From Deltaproteobacteria bacterium (GTDB lineage Bacteria; Myxococcota_A; UBA9160; SMWR01), in assembly GCA_032128115.1 (NCBI GenBank), contig JAQBHB010000031.1:32001-96000 (forward strand): DNA of 64,000 nt. The letters run 5' to 3'. The translations under genes and the position numbers were made by a program. Under the pieces are notes generated by a model, which worked only from the letters and a program-made list of their open reading frames with translations, was not told where the DNA came from and did no database searches. Of the stretch, positions 48,220 to 58,126 are shown one piece after another; position 1 is the first letter of the stretch, and each line of letters starts with the position of its first letter.

Positions 48220-50088
48220 TTATTCGTCGGGAATCGGCGGCCAACCCGGCATGCGGTTCAGGCTGCCCTCGTAGTGGATCTTGAGCGCCTTGTTCCGGTT
48301 GAAGAGCATCACGTTGTGGAGCCGCATCGCTGCCAATCGCCGGCGCAGGATCTCGGCCGCCGCGCGCTGATCGAGCTCTCCCATCTGGAACCAGCGATCG
48401 TCGAGGATTCCCATGAACAGGGCACGGTTCGAGGTGACGTCCTTGGTGGCATGGATCAGGTACGGGGAGAGAGCCTCGAGCTCCTGGCTGGATAGGTTTT
48501 CCACCGTGTTTCGATCCGGTCGGACGCGATTGGCGTCGTACCACACGAGGCCCATTGCGATGCACATGGCACCCAGCAACAGATGCCGAGCGACGGCCGC
48601 GAATCGCATCGGAGGCTTCGCGACGACTGGCTTGCGGGATGCCAAGGCAGCCGGAGGTTTCTTTGCGTCGCCCCGGGGACCGACAGCACCGCGCCGAGCG
48701 CGTCGGATGGCCTCCGCGCGCTCCGCTGTGGCCGCGGCCTCCTCGGCCCGTTGGGCCACGACGGTCTCCGCCTCCGCCACCCGGGACTGCTTGGCGAATG
48801 GAAGAAAGAGCAATCGGGCATGGAGGTACGAGATCTCCTTCGCCTCCAGGTAACGTCCGGTGGTCACCATCTGGTTGCTGCGGACGCGGACGAAATCGGC
48901 CATCTCATCCATCCACTCGCGCACCAGGACGACCGGATCGATCCCCGCAGCAGACAGCGACTTCTGGAGTTCGTCTACCCGCTGGGCGATGAGGCCCAGC
49001 ACGATGATGCGCTTCGCCAGACGTGCCTGCTCGGAGCTTCCGACGCCCCGAAGATGCGAAAGGTCCCGGTCGTCTACGATCGACAGGTCCAGGAGACCTG
49101 CGAGGGACGCCATGGGACCGGGCGGGCACGCAGCGTTCACGAGTCGCGAATCCAGGGCCGACTCGAGAGCAGCCAGTCCGGGCGAACCCAGGACCGACTC
49201 CGGCGATGCGTCCTGAACCACCGACTCTGCCGCGGTCGCGGGCGGCGCCGATTCGCGAGAAGCAGGGGTTCCGGACTCGGAGGGTCGGACCCTTTGCCGC
49301 GTCTCCGGGATTCGTACCTCCCGGTCCTGCGCTCTGGCCCGGAGCAACTGTTCTTCGCGCAAGACGCGCACGGCGAGGTTGTACGAAACCAGGCAGCGCA
49401 GGACCTCGGGATGGAAGAGCTGTGGGACGATCTCGGTTTTGAACGCCCCCATCTCGCGCACGACCGTGTTGAAGTCCCCGCCCGATTTCACGTGTCGGCA
49501 GGCGGCCTGGAAACGGTTCGTGATCCGGGCCAGGACCTCTGGGGCGATCTCGGGGGCCTCGACGACCATGGCACGGATCAGTTCGCTCACGTTGGCCGGG
49601 TCGACGACGACGCTCCAGCCCTCCTCCGTTTTCGAAATCGAGAGAAGCGTGACCAGGTAGTCGATCAGGCAGAAACGCTCCGGGATCGCGTTCTCGTCTT
49701 CGAGCACCAGGTCGAGCAGTGCCGCCGCCTCCTCCCGCTGCTCGGCAATCGCCTCGGAAAGCGAGGCCCGGAACTGGGCAATGGCAATGGCGTCGGCAAT
49801 CTGGCGCAGGCGCTCGGCGTAGCCGTCAAGCGACTCGTCGATCGCGGCCACCTGGGTGGCCTCGACGCTCACGGGCGCGCCGCGCTGCTTGATGGCATCG
49901 ACGAGTTTCTGGAGGTCGTCGCGCAGGTCTCGCACGCCCTCGTTGCCAGGCAGCTCGCTCGGATCGCGCATGGAGGGGACGAGTGCGCGCTGGGCAGCGC
50001 GGAGCGCCCCGAAGCGCCGCACCCGGGCGAATACCTCGACCCGGGTCAGCGAGACGATTCCAGGATCGGCGTCAGTACGCGTCGACAT
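48220..50088 (-). CDS. Hypothetical bitopic membrane protein, paralog B
   Basis: 622-aa ORF clearly paralogous to 50072-51832; single TM near the C-terminus. Confidence 0.85.
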   Translation of the reverse strand: MSTRTDADPGIVSLTRVEVFARVRRFGALRAAQRALVPSMRDPSELPGNEGVRDLRDDLQKLVDAIKQRGAPVSVEATQVAAIDESLDGYAERLRQIADAIAIAQFRASLSEAIAEQREEAAALLDLVLEDENAIPERFCLIDYLVTLLSISKTEEGWSVVVDPANVSELIRAMVVEAPEIAPEVLARITNRFQAACRHVKSGGDFNTVVREMGAFKTEIVPQLFHPEVLRCLVSYNLAVRVLREEQLLRARAQDREVRIPETRQRVRPSESGTPASRESAPPATAAESVVQDASPESVLGSPGLAALESALDSRLVNAACPPGPMASLAGLLDLSIVDDRDLSHLRGVGSSEQARLAKRIIVLGLIAQRVDELQKSLSAAGIDPVVLVREWMDEMADFVRVRSNQMVTTGRYLEAKEISYLHARLLFLPFAKQSRVAEAETVVAQRAEEAAATAERAEAIRRARRGAVGPRGDAKKPPAALASRKPVVAKPPMRFAAVARHLLLGAMCIAMGLVWYDANRVRPDRNTVENLSSQELEALSPYLIHATKDVTSNRALFMGILDDRWFQMGELDQRAAAEILRRRLAAMRLHNVMLFNRNKALKIHYEGSLNRMPGWPPIPDE

Positions 50089-51832
50089 TCGACTTCCAGC
50101 CGGGAAGCCGGTTCAGTTCGCCCTGGTAGTGCACCTTGAGCGCGCGGCGCTGGTCGAAGAGCATCACCTCGTCGAGTTTCCGCCACGCGACGCGCTTCCG
50201 GATTTCCTCGCCGCTCCGTCGCCGATCCGCGTCTTCCAGTTCGAACCAGCTCTCGCTCAAGATCCCCATGAACAGGCCCCGGTCCACGTCCTCGCTGGCG
50301 TTCACCAGATACGGGGAAACCTTGAGCAGCTCGCGGCTGGAAAGCTCGTCGATGGTATAGCGGTCGGACGCGAGACGATCGGACACCAGCGTGCCCAGGA
50401 AGAACATCACCAGCGCGGCCGCTACCCACGCCTTGGGCGAGATCTGGATCTTGAAGCGCCGTTCCCGTCTGGGCACGCGCGGGGGCTTGCGCCTGCCACG
50501 CCGGGCCGTGCGCAGGGCGTCGTCCAGGTCCTCGGTGCCCACGCTTGCCCGCGAGGACGGATCCGCGGCCTGCGGCTCTTCGGAGACCGTCTTCTTCGAC
50601 TTCGTGAAGGGGATCAGGCGCGACTGGAGTTCGGAGAGTTCCTTCGCCTCTTCGTAGCGCCCCGAAACGATCAGATCGTTGCTGACCGCACGGATCTGGT
50701 CCGAGAGCTCGCGCAACCACTCTTCCGAGAGCAGCAGCGGGTCGATCCCCAACTTCCCGAGGGCCCCGTGCAGCGCCGGAAGCTGCTGGGCGATCAGGCC
50801 CACCGTGACCACGCGCCGCAAAAGCGGCTGCTGGGGATCGGCGGAATCCGGGCCGATCTTTCCGATTTCGCTCTTCTGCAACCGCGAAAGGTCCAGGCGA
50901 TCCGCGAGCGTTGCGGCGGGACCCCGAAGAGAAGGCCGCCCCGAAAGCCGACACACCAGAGCCGTTTCGATCGCCTTCAGGGCTGTGGATCCGAAGGCCG
51001 ATTCCGAGGGCGCCGCCAATTCCGCCTCGTCCGAATCCGCCATGTCTGCCAGGGTCGCTGCGGCCTCACCCAGTTTCGCGTCCCGGTCGTGGGTTCTCGC
51101 CCGCAGCAGCTGCTCTTCGCGGAAGATACGCAGGGCCAGGTTGTACGAAACCAGGCAGCGCAGGATCTCGGGATGGAAGAGGTGGGGGACGATCTCCGTC
51201 TTGAACGCCCCCATCTCGCGAACGACCGTCTCGAAGTCCCCGCCCGAACGCAGGCGTTCGCACGCGGCCTGGAATCGGCTCATGATGTGGGCCTTGGACT
51301 CCGGAGCGATCTCGGGAGCCTCCAATGCGATGGCGCGAGTCAGCTCGCTCACGTTCGACGGGTCGATGACGACGCACCAGCCCGCCTCCGTCTTCGCAAT
51401 CGAGAGAAGCGTGACCAGATAGTCGATCAGGCAGAAGCGCTCGGGGATCGCAGTGTCGTCTTCGAGCACCAGGTCCAGCAGCGCGGCGGCTTCTTCGCGA
51501 TGTTCGGCGATCGTCTCGGAAAGCGAAGCCCGGAACTGGGCGATGGCGACGCCGTCGGTCACCTGGCGCAGGCGCTCGGCATAGCCGTCCAGCGACTCGT
51601 CGATGGCGGCCACGTGGATGCCATCGATAGCGAGGGGCGCGCCGCCCTGCTTCATGGCATCGACGACCTTCTGCAGATCATCGCGCAGGCCGCGCACGCC
51701 CTCGTTGCCCGGCAGTTGGCTCGGGTCGCGCATGGAGGGGACGAGTGCGCGCTGGGCGGCGCGGAGCGCCGCGAAGCGACGCACGCGGCCGAGTACCTCG
51801 GCGCGGGTCAGGCGGATTTTCCCGAGCATCAT
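50072..51832 (-). CDS. Hypothetical bitopic membrane protein, paralog A
   Basis: 586-aa ORF with the same architecture as paralog B; overlaps its start by 17 nt. Confidence 0.85.
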   Translation of the reverse strand: MMLGKIRLTRAEVLGRVRRFAALRAAQRALVPSMRDPSQLPGNEGVRGLRDDLQKVVDAMKQGGAPLAIDGIHVAAIDESLDGYAERLRQVTDGVAIAQFRASLSETIAEHREEAAALLDLVLEDDTAIPERFCLIDYLVTLLSIAKTEAGWCVVIDPSNVSELTRAIALEAPEIAPESKAHIMSRFQAACERLRSGGDFETVVREMGAFKTEIVPHLFHPEILRCLVSYNLALRIFREEQLLRARTHDRDAKLGEAAATLADMADSDEAELAAPSESAFGSTALKAIETALVCRLSGRPSLRGPAATLADRLDLSRLQKSEIGKIGPDSADPQQPLLRRVVTVGLIAQQLPALHGALGKLGIDPLLLSEEWLRELSDQIRAVSNDLIVSGRYEEAKELSELQSRLIPFTKSKKTVSEEPQAADPSSRASVGTEDLDDALRTARRGRRKPPRVPRRERRFKIQISPKAWVAAALVMFFLGTLVSDRLASDRYTIDELSSRELLKVSPYLVNASEDVDRGLFMGILSESWFELEDADRRRSGEEIRKRVAWRKLDEVMLFDQRRALKVHYQGELNRLPGWKSNVDAY

Positions 51833-51845
51833 GGCTGTCTAGGGG

Positions 51846-51872
51846 CTTCGGCCGGACCGGGGGCCGGCCTTA
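51846..51872 (-). promoter_or_regulatory. Sigma28/FliA-like promoter upstream of the paralog pair
   Basis: Minus strand TAAG-N16-GCCGAAG, against consensus TAAA-N15/16-GCCGATAA. Confidence 0.45.
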
Positions 51873-51915
51873 GACGCAAGTGGAGGATCTATCTATTGAT
51901 TTCGAAAGATATATT

Positions 51916-53238
51916 CTACATGGAGCCGCGAATCTGGCGATCCGTGCGCCGATCCAGGGCCGCAAGCGTCCCATTCAGGAGCCGGGCCCCCAGCCAGCGC
52001 AAAGGCTCGGGCGGCCACGACAACACCCGCCGTTGCAGGGCCTGTTCGGCCTCGTGTTCCCGGCCGAGCACGCGCTCGCTCAACAGGGCGCCCATCAGCG
52101 TGGCCTGGGCCACGCCGTGGCCGGCAAAGCCCACGCCGTACCAGATATTGCGGTGACGACCTTCGCAGCCCAAAGCCGGCAGGAAGTCCAGGGTGAGGCC
52201 GATCCAACCCCCCCAGAACGAGTCCACCGGAAGCGCCCGCAGGCTGGGGAAGCGCGCCCGGAAGGCCGACTCGATGATCCGGAAGGCGTCGGGATCGTAG
52301 GCCGCGGGAAGCCGGCTCCCGTATCGGTATCGCACGCATTTCGATCCCCCGACGATCGTGCCCCGCGCCGTCAGCCGGTAGCTCTCCAGCACCTGGTGAG
52401 CCGTGTAGATGCCCTCGCGCCCGTCCCAGCCGACTTCTGCCCGCTGCTCCTGGCTGAGCGGCTCGGTTTCGAACAGCGAGACCCGCAGTGGCGCGACCAA
52501 GCGCGGCTTCCAGCCCGTGGCGCGGGTGTACGCGTTCGTCGCCAACACCGCCGTGTCGGCCTTCACCGATCCGCGCCCGGTTCGCGCGATCACTCGCGGC
52601 CCGGGCACGAGCGACGTCAGCGCCGATCTCTCGAACAGCCGCACCCCAGCGGCCAGCGCCGCCGCCCGCAGGCCCATCACGTAGCGGCCCGGGTGCAGGG
52701 TGCCCCCCCGCTCTTCGAGCACGCCGCATTGGACGGCGGCGGGGAGCCGGCGCTCGCGAACCTCTGCGGGAGACAGGAACCGGACGCAGGCCCCGAGCGT
52801 TGCCGCTGCCTCGGCTGCCTTGCGGAGTTTCGGTTCCTGCGCGGGATGTACGCCGGCCAACAGGTTCCCGCTGGGATCGTACTCACACTCGATCCCGTGC
52901 TTCCGGATCACCTCTTCCACGTGCTCCACGGCCGTGTCGGCGAAGCGCACGAGCGCGCGCGCGCGCTCGCGACCGAACATCCGCAGCAGCGTGGGAATGT
53001 CCTTCCCGATGGTGGGGGTCAGGTGGCCGGCGTTGCGACCGCTGGCGCCAGAACCGGCGAATCCCTGTTCGAGCAGCGCCACCTCGATTCCCTGGGCGCG
53101 CAGGCCGAGCGCCGTCGAAAGGCCCGTGTAACCGCCTCCCACCACGACCACGTCAGCCTCCACATCGCCTTCCAGCGGCGGCTGCAGGTCGTCGGGCTCG
53201 CGGACCCAGGGACTGATCTCTTCGAAACGAAAGCTCAA
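51916..53238 (-). CDS. FAD-dependent oxidoreductase (PuuB/DadA-like amine oxidase family)
   Basis: 'VVVGGGYTGLSTAL', 'GASGRNAG', 'LHPGRY', 'LATNAY', 'GFAGHGVA'. GGAGG SD before TTG 53238. Confidence 0.9.
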   Translation of the reverse strand: MSFRFEEISPWVREPDDLQPPLEGDVEADVVVVGGGYTGLSTALGLRAQGIEVALLEQGFAGSGASGRNAGHLTPTIGKDIPTLLRMFGRERARALVRFADTAVEHVEEVIRKHGIECEYDPSGNLLAGVHPAQEPKLRKAAEAAATLGACVRFLSPAEVRERRLPAAVQCGVLEERGGTLHPGRYVMGLRAAALAAGVRLFERSALTSLVPGPRVIARTGRGSVKADTAVLATNAYTRATGWKPRLVAPLRVSLFETEPLSQEQRAEVGWDGREGIYTAHQVLESYRLTARGTIVGGSKCVRYRYGSRLPAAYDPDAFRIIESAFRARFPSLRALPVDSFWGGWIGLTLDFLPALGCEGRHRNIWYGVGFAGHGVAQATLMGALLSERVLGREHEAEQALQRRVLSWPPEPLRWLGARLLNGTLAALDRRTDRQIRGSM

Positions 53239-53369
53239 AGTACCTCCGGCGGGGTCATCATCACGTCCGCCCCCGACGCCACTGTCTCGCTCGCCGGCTG
53301 CGCTTGTCAACTCCCCCAGGGCTACCACGTCGCGGGCCGGATCGGCACGCCGAGCTCAGAACGCCAGGT

Positions 53370-55301
53370 TCAGGGCGTGTACCAGATGGGGGAGGTCCAG
53401 GCGCGCTCCTGGATCACCGGCTGGTGGTCCTCCGCGCAGCAACCCTGCAGGCCCGGGGGAATCGTGTCCGGCGCATCGCATTCGACCCCGGCCGCGTTGC
53501 ATACGTACTGGCTCCACCGGCAGGTCGGGTTCTCGAGCACGCGACCGTAGTAGAAGGCGGGCACGGACGGATCGAACGCCGGGTCGCTCCAGACGGCACA
53601 CAGACTGGCGGCACCGTCGCCGTGGCGCTCGCAGGTGGCCGTGTCGACCCCGGCGCGGTTCTCGCCACCCGCGATGCCCACGACGCTCTCGCGAAGCTCC
53701 CCGTCCTCGATCCAACCCTTCACGATCTGCAGTCGCTGCAACGGTGCGGCCTCGGCCCAGGGATCCCGAAAGGCGGACATCGCCAGGCGCGGTGCGCCGT
53801 CTGCCCTTCTCGTCGGCAGGTCGCCGCCCATGGGAACGCCGTGGGCGTAGCCCTGTGCGGCGAAGTCCTGGCGGGCGCAGAGATCCTCGGGAAAGCCCCA
53901 GCCTCCGAAGAGGCGCACCACCGGCCGCGTGCCGCTGGTTCCATAGGCTTCTCGCCGACGCATGGCGGCGAACAGGGCGTCGCGGTTGTTCTCCTCGGCC
54001 CAGAACACGGCCAGGCCCCCCGGGTTGAACTCCAGGTCGTCGGGAAAGCCCACGGGAACCGCGTCCCCCGCCGCCAGCCCCGCGCCACCGTGGCCAGGGT
54101 GGTCCTTCTCGGCGGTGAGACCGGGTGCCGCGATGTGCGTATCGGTGCTGGCCACGATTCCGTACTTGAGACCGTTCGCGCCCAGGGTGGACTGCTGGCG
54201 CAGCCCTTCCAGCAAGGCCCAGCGCACGAAATTCCTGGGACCCGCCGGCTGGTTCCTCGCGAAGATCGAAAACTTGGGGCCGAAACGATCGTAGGCGAGC
54301 TTCTCGAAGCCGCAGGCCTCGTCGTTGCTGCCCAATCCCAGTTGGCACTCGGAGTCGCCCTTGTGCTGCATGATCTCGATCAGCGGCTCCCAGCGGGCGC
54401 GCCGATGCGCTTCGTCCGCATCCACCGGCCGATCCGCGTCGCTCGCCCGGGCCAGATGCGCGCTTGCGAACATCAGGTCGGCGCTGAGGTTCGAGTTGTG
54501 CGGAATCGTGATCGCGTCGCAACCGGGAATCCCGTCGACGCACTGGGTCTGCAGGTGATCCCACAGGTCCGATGCGCTGGGTGTATCGACCCAGCTGATG
54601 GGAAGCTCTGGAACCTTCGCGTTCCGGAAGATCACGTTGCGGTGCAGGTTCTTGCCGTCGTCGACGATGGCGGTCCACTCGTAACCCACGAAGCTGGTGA
54701 AGCCGCAGCTGGCGCTGCGGTCGTAGGCCTCCTCGGCAGCGGCCTGGATGTCGCGCCACACCTCGCCGCCGGCCTCCAGGCAGTGCTCCCAGCCATCTCC
54801 GCAGAATCCCCAGTGCGACTTCAGGATCAGGGTCCGCAGCGCAATCAGGCGGAACGCAAGGTCCGCGTGGTTGCGGTGGATCCAGCAGATGAGCGAGCCG
54901 AAGCCGGGAGAACCAGGCGTCATGCACAGGCTCACGTCGCCGAGCAACTCCGCGTGGTCGGTCACGACCACGAAGTCGAGTGGCCGCTCCAGGCGCACGC
55001 TGCGCAATGCGCGACCATTTTCGTCGTAGGGCTGGATCCCGAGGGTCTCGCCCCGAGCGAAGCGATAGGCATCGCGCGGTGTGTTTCGCGTGTCCTGGGT
55101 GCTGGCGTCGAACGAGTACGCCGTATGCACGTGGGTGTCGCCGAAGAAGGGGCGACGCAGGGGATCAGGGTCGCTACAGGGCTCGCGCTCCTCGCTCAGG
55201 GTGTAGGAGCGGGATTCCGCCGGCGCCGGATCCGCCGCGCCAGGCGCGCCTCCGAAGACAATTGCGAGGAAAGCGCCGACCCGCACGGGACCGCGTCCCA
55301 T
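53370..55301 (-). CDS. DUF3604-domain exported protein (PHP-like metallohydrolase)
   Basis: 'FFGDTHVHTAYSFDA', 'PLDF..VTDHAE', 'GYEWT', 'NLHRNVIF', 'IPHNSN', 'EIMQHKG.SE', 'STDTH', 'YGTSG.R', 'QERAWTSPIWY'. Confidence 0.92.
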   Translation of the reverse strand: MGRGPVRVGAFLAIVFGGAPGAADPAPAESRSYTLSEEREPCSDPDPLRRPFFGDTHVHTAYSFDASTQDTRNTPRDAYRFARGETLGIQPYDENGRALRSVRLERPLDFVVVTDHAELLGDVSLCMTPGSPGFGSLICWIHRNHADLAFRLIALRTLILKSHWGFCGDGWEHCLEAGGEVWRDIQAAAEEAYDRSASCGFTSFVGYEWTAIVDDGKNLHRNVIFRNAKVPELPISWVDTPSASDLWDHLQTQCVDGIPGCDAITIPHNSNLSADLMFASAHLARASDADRPVDADEAHRRARWEPLIEIMQHKGDSECQLGLGSNDEACGFEKLAYDRFGPKFSIFARNQPAGPRNFVRWALLEGLRQQSTLGANGLKYGIVASTDTHIAAPGLTAEKDHPGHGGAGLAAGDAVPVGFPDDLEFNPGGLAVFWAEENNRDALFAAMRRREAYGTSGTRPVVRLFGGWGFPEDLCARQDFAAQGYAHGVPMGGDLPTRRADGAPRLAMSAFRDPWAEAAPLQRLQIVKGWIEDGELRESVVGIAGGENRAGVDTATCERHGDGAASLCAVWSDPAFDPSVPAFYYGRVLENPTCRWSQYVCNAAGVECDAPDTIPPGLQGCCAEDHQPVIQERAWTSPIWYTP

Positions 55302-55392
55302 GGCCACCTCCTGGTGCGGGAACCAGGTGGCATTCTACACCCTGGCCGGGCCGGGGTTGGATGGGGCGGGGCGGGGCGAGGCGGGACGGTCG

Positions 55393-55944
55393 TCAACCCC
55401 GAAGCTGGAGCGCGAAGTCGCGCAGCGCGCTGGCGTCGGTGAAGGTGAACTCCACCTGGCCAAGGCGTACGCTGTCGCCGGGCTTGAGCGGCGTGGGCGG
55501 CCCGCCCTCTCGAGTGGCCACGCTTTTCCCGTTCACGGTGGTGCCGTTGGTGGAGCCCATGTCGTGGAGCACGAAGCCGCCGTTCGGACCGATCTTGGTA
55601 AACGCGTGACAACGGGAGACGCTGGGGTCGGGCACTACCACGTCCTGCGACGACTCGCGGCCCAGGGTCACCAGGTGTCCGGGCCCACCTCCCTGCGGTC
55701 GCAGCGGAAACACCACCACCGACACACTCGCCGTGTGGAGCCCCGGGTCGGGGTCGTCGTCGAGCCTCAGCTCGGTGCCGCTCACGACCCCATCGCTCTG
55801 GAATCGGGCCGTCGTGACCATCAGGAAGCCTCGTCCGTACCTCGCCTCGAAGGCTTCCAACCCGAGATTCTTGGCGTCTTCGCCCAGGGCCTCGATGGGC
55901 AACGCCGAGCCCGGCAGCTGCGATCCGAGGGGTCCCTGGGGCAT
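55393..55944 (-). CDS. FHA-domain protein
   Basis: 'LGRE..QDVV..DPSVSRCHA', 'DMGSTNGTTVNG', 'LKPGD.VRLG'. Start inferred at ATG 55944. Confidence 0.9.
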   Translation of the reverse strand: MPQGPLGSQLPGSALPIEALGEDAKNLGLEAFEARYGRGFLMVTTARFQSDGVVSGTELRLDDDPDPGLHTASVSVVVFPLRPQGGGPGHLVTLGRESSQDVVVPDPSVSRCHAFTKIGPNGGFVLHDMGSTNGTTVNGKSVATREGGPPTPLKPGDSVRLGQVEFTFTDASALRDFALQLRG

Positions 55945-55952
55945 ACCCCCTT

Positions 55953-55979
55953 TTTCGACACGATCGCGCACCGGCTTGA
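55953..55979 (-). promoter_or_regulatory. Sigma28/FliA-like promoter upstream of the FHA gene
   Basis: Minus strand TCAAG-N15-GTCGAAA. Confidence 0.4.
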
Positions 55980-56038
55980 GGTCGCCCGGGTCGAACGTGA
56001 TAAAATTCGCCCCTGAGCCGGCCACGGCTTCGATTCCC

Positions 56039-57190
56039 ATGCAAAAGAAGCTGGCGAACGCCCTGCTGATCGTCCTGTTCGCAGCGGCAATCGTGCGCAC
56101 GATCGCGATGGTGGCGCAGGACCCCGAGCTCGAGTGGGACATGCTGGCCTACATGGCCCTGGCGGTGTCGTGGGAGAGCGACGACCCAGTCGAGATCCAC
56201 CGCCGCACCTACGAGACCGCCGAACGCGAACTCGACAGCCAGAGTTTCCGCAAGCTCACCCGCAGCGGCGTTCGCCGCGCCCGCTACGAGAATCCCGGCG
56301 TTCTCTACGAGCACCTGGCGTTCTACCGGTCTCGTGTTCTCTACACGCTGCCCGTCTACCTCCTGCACCGGGCCGGCGCTCCCCTGAGCGACGCCACCTG
56401 GTGGATGTCGCTGGCGGCCTGGGCCGGAACGGCGGTCCTGATCCTGTTGTGGTGCGAGCGCCATCTGCCCCTGTGGCTGGCGGTACCCGTGGCCCTGGGG
56501 TTCGCCCACGCGCCGCCCCTGCTGGAGGTCGCCCGGCAGTCGACACCCGATGCCCTGTTCGTGGCGGCCGTGACGTCTGCCGTATTCGCACTGGTGGAGT
56601 TGCGGTCGTTGCGCGTGGCGGCGGGGATCCTGCTGGCGAGCCTGCTGGTTCGAGGCGACGCCATCCTCTTCATCTTCTTCCTGGTGGGGGCACTGGTCGT
56701 TCTCGGCCCGGCCGCCGCGCGGCTGCGCCTGGCCCCGGCCGCAGCAGCGCTCGCTGCGGCCACCGCGATCTACGCCACTGCGAGCCTCTCCAGCGGCTAC
56801 TACGGCTGGTGGCCGCTGTTCACGATCGGGTTCCTGGGAAAGCACGCCCACCCGAGCTCGATCCCCACTACGCCGGACCTGGTCGCCTACGCCGAGGTTC
56901 TCGTTTCCCAGGTTGCAGCCACCACCGGGTCGATCCTGTTCGTGTACGGCGCGCTCGCGCTGCTGGGCCTCGCCTACGCGCACCGATATCGAAGGGATTC
57001 GATCACAGCGGCCCGCTGTGCCGCGGTGATGCTGGCGTTCCTCGTCAGCTACGCCGTGCGCTACCTGCTGTTTCCCGCCCTGTGGGAGCGGTTCTTCGTG
57101 CCCTTCAGCGTGCTGGTGCCGCTGCTGCTGATCACACTCGTGGCGGGAGAACGACGGCCCGGCGATTCCGATCAGGGGCCGGCCGGATAG
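56039..57190 (+). CDS. Polytopic membrane protein (possible GT-C-like)
   Basis: About 10 hydrophobic segments; 'WDMLAY', 'FYRSR.LY', 'STPDAL', 'RGD'. TGA-TAAAAT extended -10 at about 55998-56006. Confidence 0.75.
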   Translation: MQKKLANALLIVLFAAAIVRTIAMVAQDPELEWDMLAYMALAVSWESDDPVEIHRRTYETAERELDSQSFRKLTRSGVRRARYENPGVLYEHLAFYRSRVLYTLPVYLLHRAGAPLSDATWWMSLAAWAGTAVLILLWCERHLPLWLAVPVALGFAHAPPLLEVARQSTPDALFVAAVTSAVFALVELRSLRVAAGILLASLLVRGDAILFIFFLVGALVVLGPAAARLRLAPAAAALAAATAIYATASLSSGYYGWWPLFTIGFLGKHAHPSSIPTTPDLVAYAEVLVSQVAATTGSILFVYGALALLGLAYAHRYRRDSITAARCAAVMLAFLVSYAVRYLLFPALWERFFVPFSVLVPLLLITLVAGERRPGDSDQGPAG

Positions 57191-58119
57191 CGCTTCGACA
57201 GGCTCTCCACCACTTCCGCGAACTGGGCGGCGGTCTCGCGAATGATCTCGGCCACCGGCCGCACCGCGTCGATGCGCCCCGCCACCTGGCCCGTCAGCGC
57301 GACGCTGGCCTCCATGTCTCCCCCGAAGTAGAGGTCCATGGCGCGTCCGAATTCGTTCATCACATTGTGCTCGACGTACTCGAGCGATTCGCTGTGTGCC
57401 GTGCGCAGGCAGCGCAGCCCCGGGCCCACGCGGCGGTTCAGGAAGATCGTGTCGGTCTCGGCTGCGTCCACCACCGCCTGCTTCCAGTTGGCGTGGACCG
57501 GCGACTCCAGTGCCGAGACCATGCGCGTTCCCATCTGCACGCCCTCGGCGCCCAGGGCAAAGGCCGCCGCCATGGTGGCCCCATCCAGCATGCCACCCGC
57601 GGCGATTACCGGAACCCGGACCTTCGAACACACCAGTGGGAGCAGCACCATGCTGGCCACGTCGCGCGGGTTCTTGAAACCACCGCCCTCGCCACCTTCC
57701 ACCACCAGGCCGTCTACGCCCGCCTCCACGGCCTTGAGCGCGCCGCGCAGGGTTGGCACCACGTGGAAGACGGTGAGGCCTGCCTGCTTCAGGGCGGCGG
57801 TGTACTTCGTGGGGCTACCCGCCGAGGTGGTAACGAATTGCACGCCCTGATCCACCACGAACTGCACGATGTCCGGATCCCGCACGAAGGCCTGGGCAAT
57901 GTTGACACCGAAGGGCTTGTCGGTGAGATCGCGCATCTTGCGGATCTCCTGCTTCACCACGTCGAGCTCGCCGGATGAGGTCTCGATGATCCCCATGGCG
58001 CCCGCGTTGGAAACGGCGGATGCCAGCTGGGATCGGGCGATCCAACCCATGGGAGCCTGGACGATGGGGATTTCGATCCCCAGCATCTCGGTTACGCGGT
58101 TGCGAAATTGCACGACCAC
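57172..58119 (-). CDS. Nitronate monooxygenase / FabK-like flavin oxidoreductase
   Basis: 'PIVQAPMG', 'AVSNAGAMG', 'PFGVN', 'EGGEGGG', 'PVIAAGG..DG', 'GAEGVQMGTR', 'GQVAG'. Confidence 0.92.
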   Translation of the reverse strand: MVVQFRNRVTEMLGIEIPIVQAPMGWIARSQLASAVSNAGAMGIIETSSGELDVVKQEIRKMRDLTDKPFGVNIAQAFVRDPDIVQFVVDQGVQFVTTSAGSPTKYTAALKQAGLTVFHVVPTLRGALKAVEAGVDGLVVEGGEGGGFKNPRDVASMVLLPLVCSKVRVPVIAAGGMLDGATMAAAFALGAEGVQMGTRMVSALESPVHANWKQAVVDAAETDTIFLNRRVGPGLRCLRTAHSESLEYVEHNVMNEFGRAMDLYFGGDMEASVALTGQVAGRIDAVRPVAEIIRETAAQFAEVVESLSKRYPAGP

Positions 58120-58126
58120 CGCCGGG

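Noticed and set aside
55303..55331. Inverted repeat GCCACCT...AGGTGGC covering the DUF3604 SD as a riboswitch or RNA thermometer
   Set aside because: The likely -10 box (TAGAAT, 55337-55332) abuts it, so the 5' arm would mostly not be transcribed. It could be an operator, but there is no further support.
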